A DNA stretch of 64,000 bases from contig JAQTRE010000002.1 of assembly GCA_028711995.1 (NCBI GenBank), forward strand, positions 1,704 to 65,703, given 5' to 3'. A program made the translations under genes and the position numbers. Source of the DNA: Dehalococcoidia bacterium (GTDB lineage: Bacteria; Chloroflexota; Dehalococcoidia; SZUA-161; SpSt-899). The notes beneath the pieces were generated by a model, which did no database searches, was not told the origin of the DNA, and was given only the letters and a program-made list of their open reading frames with translations. Positions 30,566 through 39,072 of the stretch are shown here, in pieces; the first letter of the stretch is position 1, and the number at the start of each line of letters is the position of its first letter.

Positions 30566-32675
30566 TGTGACACCGGAAGAATTGCAGGTGTTTCTGCAAG
30601 ACACAGATGAACAATTGCAGGTCCTGGATGAAGATATCATCAAGCTGGAGAATGAAGGGGATAACCCGGAGGTGTTGCAGGAGATTTTCCGCGCCGCTCA
30701 TACGATAAAGGGATCCTCCGCCATGGTCGGTTATCACAAGATGGCCGATCTGACTCATGCCATGGAGAGCATACTGGACAAGCTGAGGAAAGGCACGCTA
30801 TCGGTCAATACCCAGATAGCCAATGCTCTTTTGCATAGCCTGGATAGTCTCCGAGTGCTGCGGAATAATCTGACCGCTAAGAAGGAAGAGAATATTGACG
30901 TCGATTCTGTCATTGCGACACTAAAAGAGCTCACCAGCGCTGAAGCGAAGCTCGCACAGGCCGGGAAGTCGGATCAGGAGACGCCCACAGCGGTGAGGAT
31001 ATCCCTGGATAAGAGTGAGTATAAGCGACTTCAGGAATCGCTGGCCTTGAGCCACAGGGTACATCAGATAGAGATGGCAATCAGCAAGGAAAGCCAATGG
31101 GCGGCGGTTCGCTGTCTTCAAGCATTAAACGAGCTGGATGAAAAAGGAATCGTCATTGCATCTAAGCCCTCCCGGAAAGAGATTGAGGCTGAGAAAGTGG
31201 AATCTCAGTTGATATTGATCTTTGCCGGATTGCTGGAGGAAGAAGAAATAAGAGCGCTGCTCTGCACAATATCCGATGTGGAGAATGTAAGAGTTGGTTT
31301 CTACGATCCTGGCGAAGACGGCTGCCCAGGTGAAAAAGCTGTGGAGGATGGGGCCCTTAACGCATTTGATGTAGAGAAGACCGTCAAAACTGATCGCCCG
31401 GCACAATCCCAGTCTTCGGGCGCTCCAGCCGAACGGGCTCCGGTTGAAGCCATTAAAGCAGCTGAGACGGTTCGGATTGATGTGGAACGGCTGGATAGCC
31501 TGATGAACATGATCGGCGAGTTGGTAGTTGCCCGAACCAGGATGAACCAGATCAGCCGGTCGCTGGACCTCAAATATAGAGAGGATGAAGATGTGGTGGC
31601 TCTGAGCAAGACCTTCACCCAGGTCACCAAAGTCATCGATCAGCTTCAACTGGATATCACCGTTGCTCGCATGCTGCCGGTAGGAACAGTGTTCAATCGC
31701 TTCCCTAGGATGGTCAGAGACCTGGCCCAAAAGATGGGGAAAAAGGTTGATTTCATCATCACGGGTCAGGAGACGGGGATTGACCGTTCGGTGATAGAGC
31801 ATATCCGCGACCCGTTGGTGCATTTACTGAGGAATTCGGTCGATCATGGCATCGAGACTTCGGAAAAGCGCGAGGCTGCTGGGAAGCCGGAAAAGGCAAC
31901 CGTTCGGCTTTCAGCAGCTCATGAACAAAATTTCATCATGATCACCGTAGAGGATGACGGCAAGGGAATCGATGGAGCGGTGATCAAAGAGGTTGCTCTC
32001 AAAAAAGGCCTGATAACCGCTGAGGCCGCATCGAGGATGAGTGATGCCGAGGCCATCGATCTCATCTTCGCATCCGGAGTATCAACCGTTGAAAAGGCCA
32101 CCGATGTATCCGGCAGGGGAGTGGGAATGGATATCGTGCGCAAGAATATTGAAGCGTTCAACGGCGTCATTTCTGTGGAGACGAAAGTGGGCCAGGGCAC
32201 CAAGTTTGTATTGAGGTTACCGCTTACCCTGGCAACCATTAATGCGCTGCTGGTTTCCTCTGGCAATACGATTTATGCCATTCCTCTGGTCACCATCAGC
32301 GAAACACTGAGACTCAGCCCGAAAGATATTAAGACGGCTGCTCAAAGGGAGGTGTTCAGCCTCAGGGACAGAGTGGTGCCGTTAATTAGACTGAACGAGG
32401 TATTTGATACGGATATAGAGGAATCCACTGACGCGGAAATGGTTCACATCGTTGTGGCCCGCGTCGGCGAGCGAATGGTGGGACTTTCAGTGGATTCTTT
32501 GATAGAGCCTCAGGAAGTGGTGGTAAAGTCTATGGGCAGCTTCATCGGCAACGTCCACGGCATAGCCGGAGCCACCATTCTTGGCAGCGGAGAAGTGGCA
32601 CTGATATTGGATGTGCCCAGTTTGATAAAGTCTTGCAGCGAATCGATGAAGTTTGGCGGGCAATCCATGAACTAG
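30546..32675 (+). CDS. cheA: Chemotaxis histidine kinase CheA (709 aa: Hpt, dimerisation, HATPase and CheW-like domains)
   Basis: The Hpt phosphorylation site is AAHTIKGSSAMVGY, the HATPase_c G-boxes are present (…GRGVGMDIV…), and the C-terminal CheW-like domain is intact. Confidence 0.9.
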   Translation: MVTLAADVTPEELQVFLQDTDEQLQVLDEDIIKLENEGDNPEVLQEIFRAAHTIKGSSAMVGYHKMADLTHAMESILDKLRKGTLSVNTQIANALLHSLDSLRVLRNNLTAKKEENIDVDSVIATLKELTSAEAKLAQAGKSDQETPTAVRISLDKSEYKRLQESLALSHRVHQIEMAISKESQWAAVRCLQALNELDEKGIVIASKPSRKEIEAEKVESQLILIFAGLLEEEEIRALLCTISDVENVRVGFYDPGEDGCPGEKAVEDGALNAFDVEKTVKTDRPAQSQSSGAPAERAPVEAIKAAETVRIDVERLDSLMNMIGELVVARTRMNQISRSLDLKYREDEDVVALSKTFTQVTKVIDQLQLDITVARMLPVGTVFNRFPRMVRDLAQKMGKKVDFIITGQETGIDRSVIEHIRDPLVHLLRNSVDHGIETSEKREAAGKPEKATVRLSAAHEQNFIMITVEDDGKGIDGAVIKEVALKKGLITAEAASRMSDAEAIDLIFASGVSTVEKATDVSGRGVGMDIVRKNIEAFNGVISVETKVGQGTKFVLRLPLTLATINALLVSSGNTIYAIPLVTISETLRLSPKDIKTAAQREVFSLRDRVVPLIRLNEVFDTDIEESTDAEMVHIVVARVGERMVGLSVDSLIEPQEVVVKSMGSFIGNVHGIAGATILGSGEVALILDVPSLIKSCSESMKFGGQSMN

Positions 32676-32745
32676 CAACGAGAAAAGGCAAGACAGAAGA
32701 CCTGGTAGATATTGATTATGCGCGAACACAGGCACTAATAGGAGG

Positions 32746-33393
32746 GTGAAATTGGAGAAAAGCAGCAAATCAGGACTCAAGGAGATTGATGTAGGGAAAT
32801 GGGCGGAACTCGTCGGGCAAGGAACTCAGAATGCGGTCCATGGCCTATCTGGAATGGTCGGGGTGGAGATTAAGACCGTTGCCCTTGATCTTAAAGTAAT
32901 CCCGGCAGCGAAAGCGGCAGATCTGGTTGGCGGGCCGGAGAATGAAGTGGCATCCATCTATTTGATGATCACCGGCGCAGCAACGGGTCATATTATGCTG
33001 ATCTATTCAAAGGAAGTGGCCTTTGGCCTGGTGGATATGCTGATGGGACAGCAGGTCGGAACCACCAAGGAATTGGGTGAGATGGAATCCTCTGCCCTGG
33101 GTGAGATGGGCAATATCACGGGGTCATTTTTCCTCAATTCAGTAGCCGATAACACCGGTCTGCGTCTGATGCCTTCGATACCAACGGTGATGATCGACAT
33201 GGCCGGATCGATCCTTGATTCAGCCGTAGCCGATGTCCTGCAGGATCATGATGAATTATTCGCCATGGAAGCCATCTTTGCCGTTGGAAATCAAGAGATC
33301 AGCGGAACACTCCTGGTTTTACCAACTGCGGAGTTTATGGAGGTTATGGTAGAGCATAGCAAACTGATCCCTAAGAAGGGGGCACAGTGCTAA
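32746..33393 (+). CDS. cheC: CheY-P phosphatase CheC (the start may be the TTG at ~32752)
   Basis: Two CheC-type repeats with E/N-containing active-site helices (…SALGEMGNITGSFFLNSVAD…). Confidence 0.8.
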   Translation: MKLEKSSKSGLKEIDVGKWAELVGQGTQNAVHGLSGMVGVEIKTVALDLKVIPAAKAADLVGGPENEVASIYLMITGAATGHIMLIYSKEVAFGLVDMLMGQQVGTTKELGEMESSALGEMGNITGSFFLNSVADNTGLRLMPSIPTVMIDMAGSILDSAVADVLQDHDELFAMEAIFAVGNQEISGTLLVLPTAEFMEVMVEHSKLIPKKGAQC

Positions 33394-33881
33394 CACTAAC
33401 TCAAGAAAGCACGGTCGTGGTGAGTTTGGGAGAGATCAAGTTGTCTAAGGATCCGCAAACAGTTTTGACGTGTCTGGGCTTGGGGTCGTGTATCGGCCTT
33501 TGTATGTATGACCCTATTGCCGGTGTGGGAGGAATGGCGCACATTGTTCTGCCATTCAGCAACAATGGGGCTGCGGGCAATGCGAAATTCGCCGATATTG
33601 CCATTCCCCAGCTACTTCAAGCAATGAGAGAACATAATGCCGTGAGATCTCGCCTGATCACAAAACTCGCCGGTGGCGCGCAGATGATCAAGCCGGGAAC
33701 GGCGGATAATTTCAATACGGGGCAGAGGAATATCGAGGCGGTCAAACAGATATTGGCAGACGAGGCCATCAGGGTTTCGGCCGCCGAGGTAGGCGGATCT
33801 CGTGGACGTTCACTTAAGTTATTCGTGGGGACTGGCAAGGTGATGGTGAAATCAGTGGGTTCAACAGATGTGGCACTGTAG
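33387..33881 (+). CDS. cheD: Chemoreceptor glutamine deamidase CheD
   Basis: 164 aa containing …LGLGSCIGLCMYD…, the CheD catalytic Cys region. It overlaps the cheC stop, which is typical of cheC-cheD pairs. Confidence 0.85.
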   Translation: MLTLTQESTVVVSLGEIKLSKDPQTVLTCLGLGSCIGLCMYDPIAGVGGMAHIVLPFSNNGAAGNAKFADIAIPQLLQAMREHNAVRSRLITKLAGGAQMIKPGTADNFNTGQRNIEAVKQILADEAIRVSAAEVGGSRGRSLKLFVGTGKVMVKSVGSTDVAL

Positions 33882-33908
33882 GCCCGAAGAAGGAAACAAG
33901 GAGAATAA

Positions 33909-34268
33909 ATGATGGCGAAAATATTAGTTGTAGATGATGCCCCCTTCATGCGCATGAGGGCCAGTAAATTATTGAGCGAGAATGGATTCCAGGTGATCGA
34001 GGCCGGAAACGGCGCCGAAGCGGTGAAGAAGTACAAAGATGAAAAGCCCGATGCGGTGATGATGGATATCACCATGCCTGAGATGGATGGGTTGCAGGCG
34101 TTGAAGGAGATGAGAAAGCTGGACCCGAATGCTAAGGTGTGCATGGTCACGGCCATGGGACAACAATCTATTGTGTTGGAAGCCATAAGCGCCGGAGCTA
34201 AGGACTTTGTGGTGAAGCCCTTTGATGCCAACCGGGTTCTGGCGACGGTTCAAAAGATGGTGAGCTAG
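33909..34268 (+). CDS. cheY: Chemotaxis response regulator CheY
   Basis: 119 aa single-REC protein with VVDDAPFMR, the phospho-acceptor Asp in the MMDITMPEMDG context, and the K at the KPF motif. Confidence 0.9.
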   Translation: MMAKILVVDDAPFMRMRASKLLSENGFQVIEAGNGAEAVKKYKDEKPDAVMMDITMPEMDGLQALKEMRKLDPNAKVCMVTAMGQQSIVLEAISAGAKDFVVKPFDANRVLATVQKMVS

Positions 34269-34391
34269 GAAACCTGTGATTAAGTGGTGCAGAACACCTC
34301 CTGCCGGGAATCCGGGGGTGCCCAACACTTGATGGCGCTTGCCTAGGGAAGCGCCATCAACACACAGGAATTCTGAAGAAAGGAACCTGCC

Positions 34392-35471
34392 ATGAGCAAT
34401 AGCATTAGCGTGCTGATAGTGGATGATTCTGCCTTTGCCAGGTTTGCTATTTCCAAGCAGATTGGCGCTCATCCGGAGATGAAGGTCATAGGTACTGCTC
34501 GCGATGGGATTGATGCCCTGGAGAAAATCAAGCAATTGAAACCGGATGTGGTGACACTCGATGTGGAAATGCCGAAGATGGATGGCTTGGCGGTACTCAA
34601 ACATGTCATGTCAGAGTATCCCACACCGGTGATCATGCTCAGCAGTCTGACCAGTGAGGGTGCGGAGACAACACTGAAGGCGCTGGATATGGGAGCTGTT
34701 GATTTCTTCCTTAAGCCTTCCTCGGCGGCACCGGCAGGGCTATCGCCCGAAATGGTGAACGATTTGGTAACCAAAATAAGGATGGCTGCCAAAACCGATG
34801 TGTCACGCATGAAGACGATTGCCACCGTCCCGAGAAAAAGTCAGGCGATGGAGAAGAAAGCACGCAAACCTCGTGCCAGTATACAGAATAAAGTGATCGT
34901 TCTCGGGTGCTCAACCGGAGGCCCGCGAGCATTGCACAGGGTGATTCCTTCGCTGCCCGGAGATTTGCCAGCAGCCATGCTGGTAGTGCAACATATGCCG
35001 CCGGGATTCACCAAGTCATTGGCCAATAGGCTGAACGACTTGTCGGAGGTGGAAGTCCGAGAGGCTCAGGAGGGAGATGCCCTCAAGCCCGGTCTGGTAT
35101 TACTAGCTCCCGGCGGCAGCCATATGACGGTGAATGAAGGTGGCCGGGTGAGCCTCAATCAGGGCCCGATGGAGTGTGGGCTGCGGCCTGCAGCCAATGT
35201 GACCATGGAGTCGGTGGCTAAGGCTTATCAAAAGACTGCTCTCGGTGTAGTGCTCACCGGCATGGGAAATGATGGTACCAGGGGGGCGGGTCTCATTAAA
35301 AAGTTCGGCGGTGAAGTGGTGGTGGAGGACGAATCTACCTGTGTGGTCTACGGAATGCCCAAAAGCATTGTTGATGCCGGGTATGCCGACAGAGTTTTGC
35401 CATTATCGCAGATAGCAGGTGAGATCACCAAAAGATGCCATGTAAATCTCGAAATGGCCCTTGAGGTATGA
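34392..35471 (+). CDS. cheB: Protein-glutamate methylesterase CheB (intact REC + methylesterase, 359 aa)
   Basis: An N-terminal REC (LIVDDSAF…LDVEMPKMDG) is followed by a methylesterase domain (…VIVLGCSTGGPRAL…LVVQHMP…). Confidence 0.9.
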   Translation: MSNSISVLIVDDSAFARFAISKQIGAHPEMKVIGTARDGIDALEKIKQLKPDVVTLDVEMPKMDGLAVLKHVMSEYPTPVIMLSSLTSEGAETTLKALDMGAVDFFLKPSSAAPAGLSPEMVNDLVTKIRMAAKTDVSRMKTIATVPRKSQAMEKKARKPRASIQNKVIVLGCSTGGPRALHRVIPSLPGDLPAAMLVVQHMPPGFTKSLANRLNDLSEVEVREAQEGDALKPGLVLLAPGGSHMTVNEGGRVSLNQGPMECGLRPAANVTMESVAKAYQKTALGVVLTGMGNDGTRGAGLIKKFGGEVVVEDESTCVVYGMPKSIVDAGYADRVLPLSQIAGEITKRCHVNLEMALEV

Positions 35472-35474
35472 ACT

Positions 35475-36311
35475 ATGGATGATGTGGAATACGGTTATCT
35501 GAAAAAGAAAGTGCTGGATCTGATTGATATCGATCTGGATAGCTATAAGGAAAAACAGATGCGTCGGCGGTTGGCCGGATTTCTGGAGCGATCCGGTGCC
35601 CCCAACCCCGCAGCCTACGTCAGCCGCGTCGAGCAGGATCAGCGGATGTTGGATGAATTACGGGATTTCCTGACGATAAACGTGTCCTCATTCTTCCGTG
35701 ACGAAACGCAGTTTGAGAAGCTCCAGACAACGATACTGCCTGAATTGCTGGGCCACAGCCACCGTCTCAATATCTGGAGTGCCGGCTGTTCCAATGGCTC
35801 TGAGCCCTATACAATGGCCATGATTCTAGGCGAACTCGCTGCCAAGCAGGAACACCGGATACTCGCTACGGATATAGATAAGACCATCATCGCGCGGGCG
35901 CAAGGCGGTGGGCCTTACACCGCAGCTGACGTTAAAACCGTGCCGCCAAACCTTCGGGACAGATACTTCAAGGAATCGGCAGGCGCCTATTGGGTGGTTG
36001 ATAGTATCAAGAAGAAGGTAGAGTTCAGGCAACATAACTTGCTGGCCGATCCATATGAAAATGGTTTCGACCTAATTCTGTGCCGCAATGTGATGATCTA
36101 TTTTACAGACGGAGCCAAGGATAAGATCATCACGCGATTCTCGAACTCACTGAAAGATCAAGGAGTTCTGTTCCTCGGAGGGAGCGAAATCGTCTTCCGC
36201 CCGGCAGAGATGGGGCTTAAGACTTTGTCCCCCTCCCTCTATCGTAAGACAATGATCTCTGGCAGCACTGGTGGCCAGTCTTTCTGGGGGCAGAAAACCT
36301 TTAAAGAATAA
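35475..36311 (+). CDS. cheR: Chemotaxis protein methyltransferase CheR
   Basis: A CheR N-terminal helical domain is followed by a SAM-MTase domain (…TINVSSFFRD…NIWSAGCSNGSEPYTMAMIL…). Confidence 0.9.
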   Translation: MDDVEYGYLKKKVLDLIDIDLDSYKEKQMRRRLAGFLERSGAPNPAAYVSRVEQDQRMLDELRDFLTINVSSFFRDETQFEKLQTTILPELLGHSHRLNIWSAGCSNGSEPYTMAMILGELAAKQEHRILATDIDKTIIARAQGGGPYTAADVKTVPPNLRDRYFKESAGAYWVVDSIKKKVEFRQHNLLADPYENGFDLILCRNVMIYFTDGAKDKIITRFSNSLKDQGVLFLGGSEIVFRPAEMGLKTLSPSLYRKTMISGSTGGQSFWGQKTFKE

Positions 36312-36334
36312 TGGCTCAATAAGGGGAAAATATC

Positions 36335-37435
36335 ATGCGTCGCATATCGGTTAAATACGCTCAACCCGAAATGGAGCTGGCAAAGCCTCTTTTTGATAAA
36401 TGGGGCAATATGCTGTTACCCATTGGCGCCAAACTGACGGAACGACAGCTGCGGTTATTGCCGAACAAGGGTGTAAGGGAATTATCCATTGAAGACTCGC
36501 GAGTCGATGATGTGCTTTGGGACCCACTTATAAAGCCGGAGACGCAGCAAGAAGCAGTCAAGGCAATCAGCGATCTGTTGACCATAAACCAGAAGGGTGG
36601 AGGGATCAAAAGTCCCAAGGACCCGAGAATGGTCTCCGCTCGACTGAACATCGAGAAAATGAGCTATATGATCACGCAAGAGGTTTTGACATCAGTTATG
36701 GGGGAGCCGGATCTCTCTGGCTGTCAATCCATCGAAGATTATCATTGCATTCAACCTGTGCAATCTACCATCCTGGCAGTGATGCTGGCAAAGGAGGCCG
36801 GCTTCAACGAAGGGGATATGCTGAGCGTGGCCAAAGCCGCCATGCTGCAGAACATTGGTTATACCTTTCTGCCTCAGGAGATATTGAGAAAAGAAACGGA
36901 GCTATCACCAGAGGAGACTCTGGAATTTGAAAAACATCCCATATATGGTGCTGAAATCCTCCGTCAGACCGGCCAGACTTCTCCTCAGATCATCGAAGCA
37001 GTACTGCAACATGAGGAACGGTGGAACGGGAGTGGTTATCCTAACAAGATAAGGGGCTGGGATATATCCCCATTTGCCCAGATTATAGGGATTGCACATA
37101 CCTACTACGATCTTGTGTCGGCGAGACCATGGAGGGAGCCATTCAAGCAAATGGATGCGTTTGAGTACATCATGGCATACGGGGGAGAGCTTTTCGATCC
37201 GGAATGGGTGCAGGTCTTCTCGCGTCGCGTTCCCATCTACCCCAGCGGGGTGAAGGTGAAATTGAGCACAGGGGAGATCGGAATCATTTCTGATGCCAAC
37301 CTCGGACATATCGGCAGACCGATGGTGCGGATCATCTCTGATAGTAAAGGCAATGATGTCAGCCGCCCATACGATATGGACCTCTCGAAGCCAAGTTATC
37401 AGGATCGACTGGTTATAGAACTCTTAGAGATTTGA
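36335..37435 (+). CDS. DUF3391-like N-terminal domain + HD-GYP-like domain with a degenerate HD dyad (366 aa), paralog 1
   Basis: The N-terminus MRRISVKYAQPEMELAKPLFDKWGNMLLPIGAKLTERQL fits the DUF3391 pattern that commonly precedes HD-GYP domains. The core has …YHCIQPVQSTILAVMLAKEAG… and KAAMLQNIGY where active enzymes have AALLHDIGK. The GYP motif is retained (HEERWNGSGYP). A C-terminal extension of about 100 aa follows. Confidence 0.7.
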   Translation: MRRISVKYAQPEMELAKPLFDKWGNMLLPIGAKLTERQLRLLPNKGVRELSIEDSRVDDVLWDPLIKPETQQEAVKAISDLLTINQKGGGIKSPKDPRMVSARLNIEKMSYMITQEVLTSVMGEPDLSGCQSIEDYHCIQPVQSTILAVMLAKEAGFNEGDMLSVAKAAMLQNIGYTFLPQEILRKETELSPEETLEFEKHPIYGAEILRQTGQTSPQIIEAVLQHEERWNGSGYPNKIRGWDISPFAQIIGIAHTYYDLVSARPWREPFKQMDAFEYIMAYGGELFDPEWVQVFSRRVPIYPSGVKVKLSTGEIGIISDANLGHIGRPMVRIISDSKGNDVSRPYDMDLSKPSYQDRLVIELLEI

Positions 37436-37455
37436 TTGTGGAGCGACATTAAGCG

Positions 37456-37899
37456 ATGACCAAGGGAGTGATTTCACCCGCAAAAACAGAGATCCGGAGA
37501 GCAACGGTACTGGTTGTAGATGATGCTCGCTTTCAGCGCATGAGGTCCGTCAGATTGCTGACCGAAAACGGGTTCCATGTAGTTGAGGCATTGAATGGCA
37601 TCGAAGCCATCAAGCGGTACAAAGAGGAAAAACCTGATGCAGTGATCATGGATATTACCATGCCCGAGATGGATGGATTGGCGACCCTGAAGGAGTTGAT
37701 TAAACTGGATACCGATGCCAAGGTGTGCATTGTCACCGCGATGGGCCAACAGTCCATAGTCATGGAGGCTATCCATGCTGGTGCCAAGGATTTTGTGGTA
37801 AAACCCTGTAGTGATGATCGGGTTCTGGCGGCGGTCAGGAAAATGATCGGCCAGGGTGAACTTCTTCAAAAGGGACAGGTGCAAGCCGCGCAGGAATAA
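37456..37899 (+). CDS. CheY-like single-domain response regulator (147 aa), paralog of cheY at 33909
   Basis: The REC domain is near-identical to CheY over its C-terminal two thirds (…DAVIMDITMPEMDGL…KVCIVTAMGQQSIV…AGAKDFVVKP…). Confidence 0.85.
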   Translation: MTKGVISPAKTEIRRATVLVVDDARFQRMRSVRLLTENGFHVVEALNGIEAIKRYKEEKPDAVIMDITMPEMDGLATLKELIKLDTDAKVCIVTAMGQQSIVMEAIHAGAKDFVVKPCSDDRVLAAVRKMIGQGELLQKGQVQAAQE

Positions 37900-37949
37900 C
37901 GAGTGGATAAGTTTCACCAGTAGGATAAAAAGGGATAAGGAAAGACACC

Positions 37950-39056
37950 ATGCGACGCATATCTGTTGAACACGCAAGACCAGGGATGCAACTGAGCAGC
38001 CCGGTCTTTGACAAATATGGGGACATGCTTTTGCCTGCAGGCACGGAGCTGGTGGACAACTACCTGAAGTCTCTGCAGAACAACGGAGTCTGGGAGCTTC
38101 TGATTGAGGACCCGCGAGTCAGCGATCTGACCATCAAGCCTCTGGTAAAGCTGGACATGCAGAAAGAGGCGGTCGAGGCAATGCGCCGATTGATCAACAT
38201 CAATAAGAACAAAAAAGGTGACCGAAGGAAGAATCTGGATGACGATGATATGTTCGCATCGAGGCTGGAAGTAGAGCGATTGACCTATGCCATAGTCCAG
38301 GCGATCCTTATCTCGCCTTTGGGCGAGCCGGACAGCTCAGGGTGTTTACTGGTGGAGGACTTCCATTATGTCCAACCGGTGCAGAGTACTACCCTGGCCA
38401 TTTTGTTGGCGAGGGAGGTCGGTTTGAGCAATACGGCTTTGCTCAATGTGGGAAAAGCAGCCATGCTGCAGAATATCGGCTATATCTGGCTGTCCTCTCC
38501 GCTGTGGGAAAAGAGGACTCCTCTGACTCAGGCGGAAAATACGGAGTTCGAGAAACATCCCCTATACGGAGCTGAGATTCTCGGCCAGTATGAACGCGTT
38601 CCTCCGGCAGTGGTTGAAGCCGTGGCTCAGCATCACGAGCGGTTTGATGGTACAGGTTATCCCAATGGTGTAAAGGGATGGGATGTATCGCCTCTGGCGC
38701 AGCTCATCAGCATAGCCGAGACCTATTATGGGCTTGTTTCCGCCCGGCCAGGGAAAAAACCTATTATGCCAGCGGATGCTTTTGACTATATTATGGCGGA
38801 GGGAGGGCGGATGTTTGACCCGGAGTTGGTAAAGGTATTTGCCAGAAGGGTTCCTATCTATCCCAGTGGTGTGATGGTTAAGTTAAATTCAGGGGAGACC
38901 GGCATCGTTACTAATGTTAATCTGGGACACATTGGCAGACCAGTGGTACGTGTTGTTAAGGATACCAACGGTAAAGACGTGAATCCCCCTATTGATATGG
39001 ACCTCACCACGCCCGTGTATCAGAGCAAGAAAATAACGGAGTTGCTGGAAATATAA
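37950..39056 (+). CDS. DUF3391-like + degenerate HD-GYP-like protein (368 aa), paralog 2
   Basis: It has the same architecture as 36335-37435 and the same substitution KAAMLQNIGY in place of the HD motif, followed by HHERFDGTGYP. The C-terminal extension is conserved. Confidence 0.7.
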   Translation: MRRISVEHARPGMQLSSPVFDKYGDMLLPAGTELVDNYLKSLQNNGVWELLIEDPRVSDLTIKPLVKLDMQKEAVEAMRRLININKNKKGDRRKNLDDDDMFASRLEVERLTYAIVQAILISPLGEPDSSGCLLVEDFHYVQPVQSTTLAILLAREVGLSNTALLNVGKAAMLQNIGYIWLSSPLWEKRTPLTQAENTEFEKHPLYGAEILGQYERVPPAVVEAVAQHHERFDGTGYPNGVKGWDVSPLAQLISIAETYYGLVSARPGKKPIMPADAFDYIMAEGGRMFDPELVKVFARRVPIYPSGVMVKLNSGETGIVTNVNLGHIGRPVVRVVKDTNGKDVNPPIDMDLTTPVYQSKKITELLEI

Positions 39057-39072
39057 CTTTGGGGAATAAACT

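Noticed and set aside
31125-31823. 232-aa minus-strand ORF
   Set aside because: Antisense to the cheA HATPase/dimerisation region. No support.
33617-34604. Minus-strand ORFs of 204 and 211 aa spanning cheD-cheY-cheB
   Set aside because: They overlap three well-supported plus-strand che genes in antisense. Rejected.
37474-37977. 167-aa minus-strand ORF
   Set aside because: Antisense to the CheY-like gene at 37456-37899.
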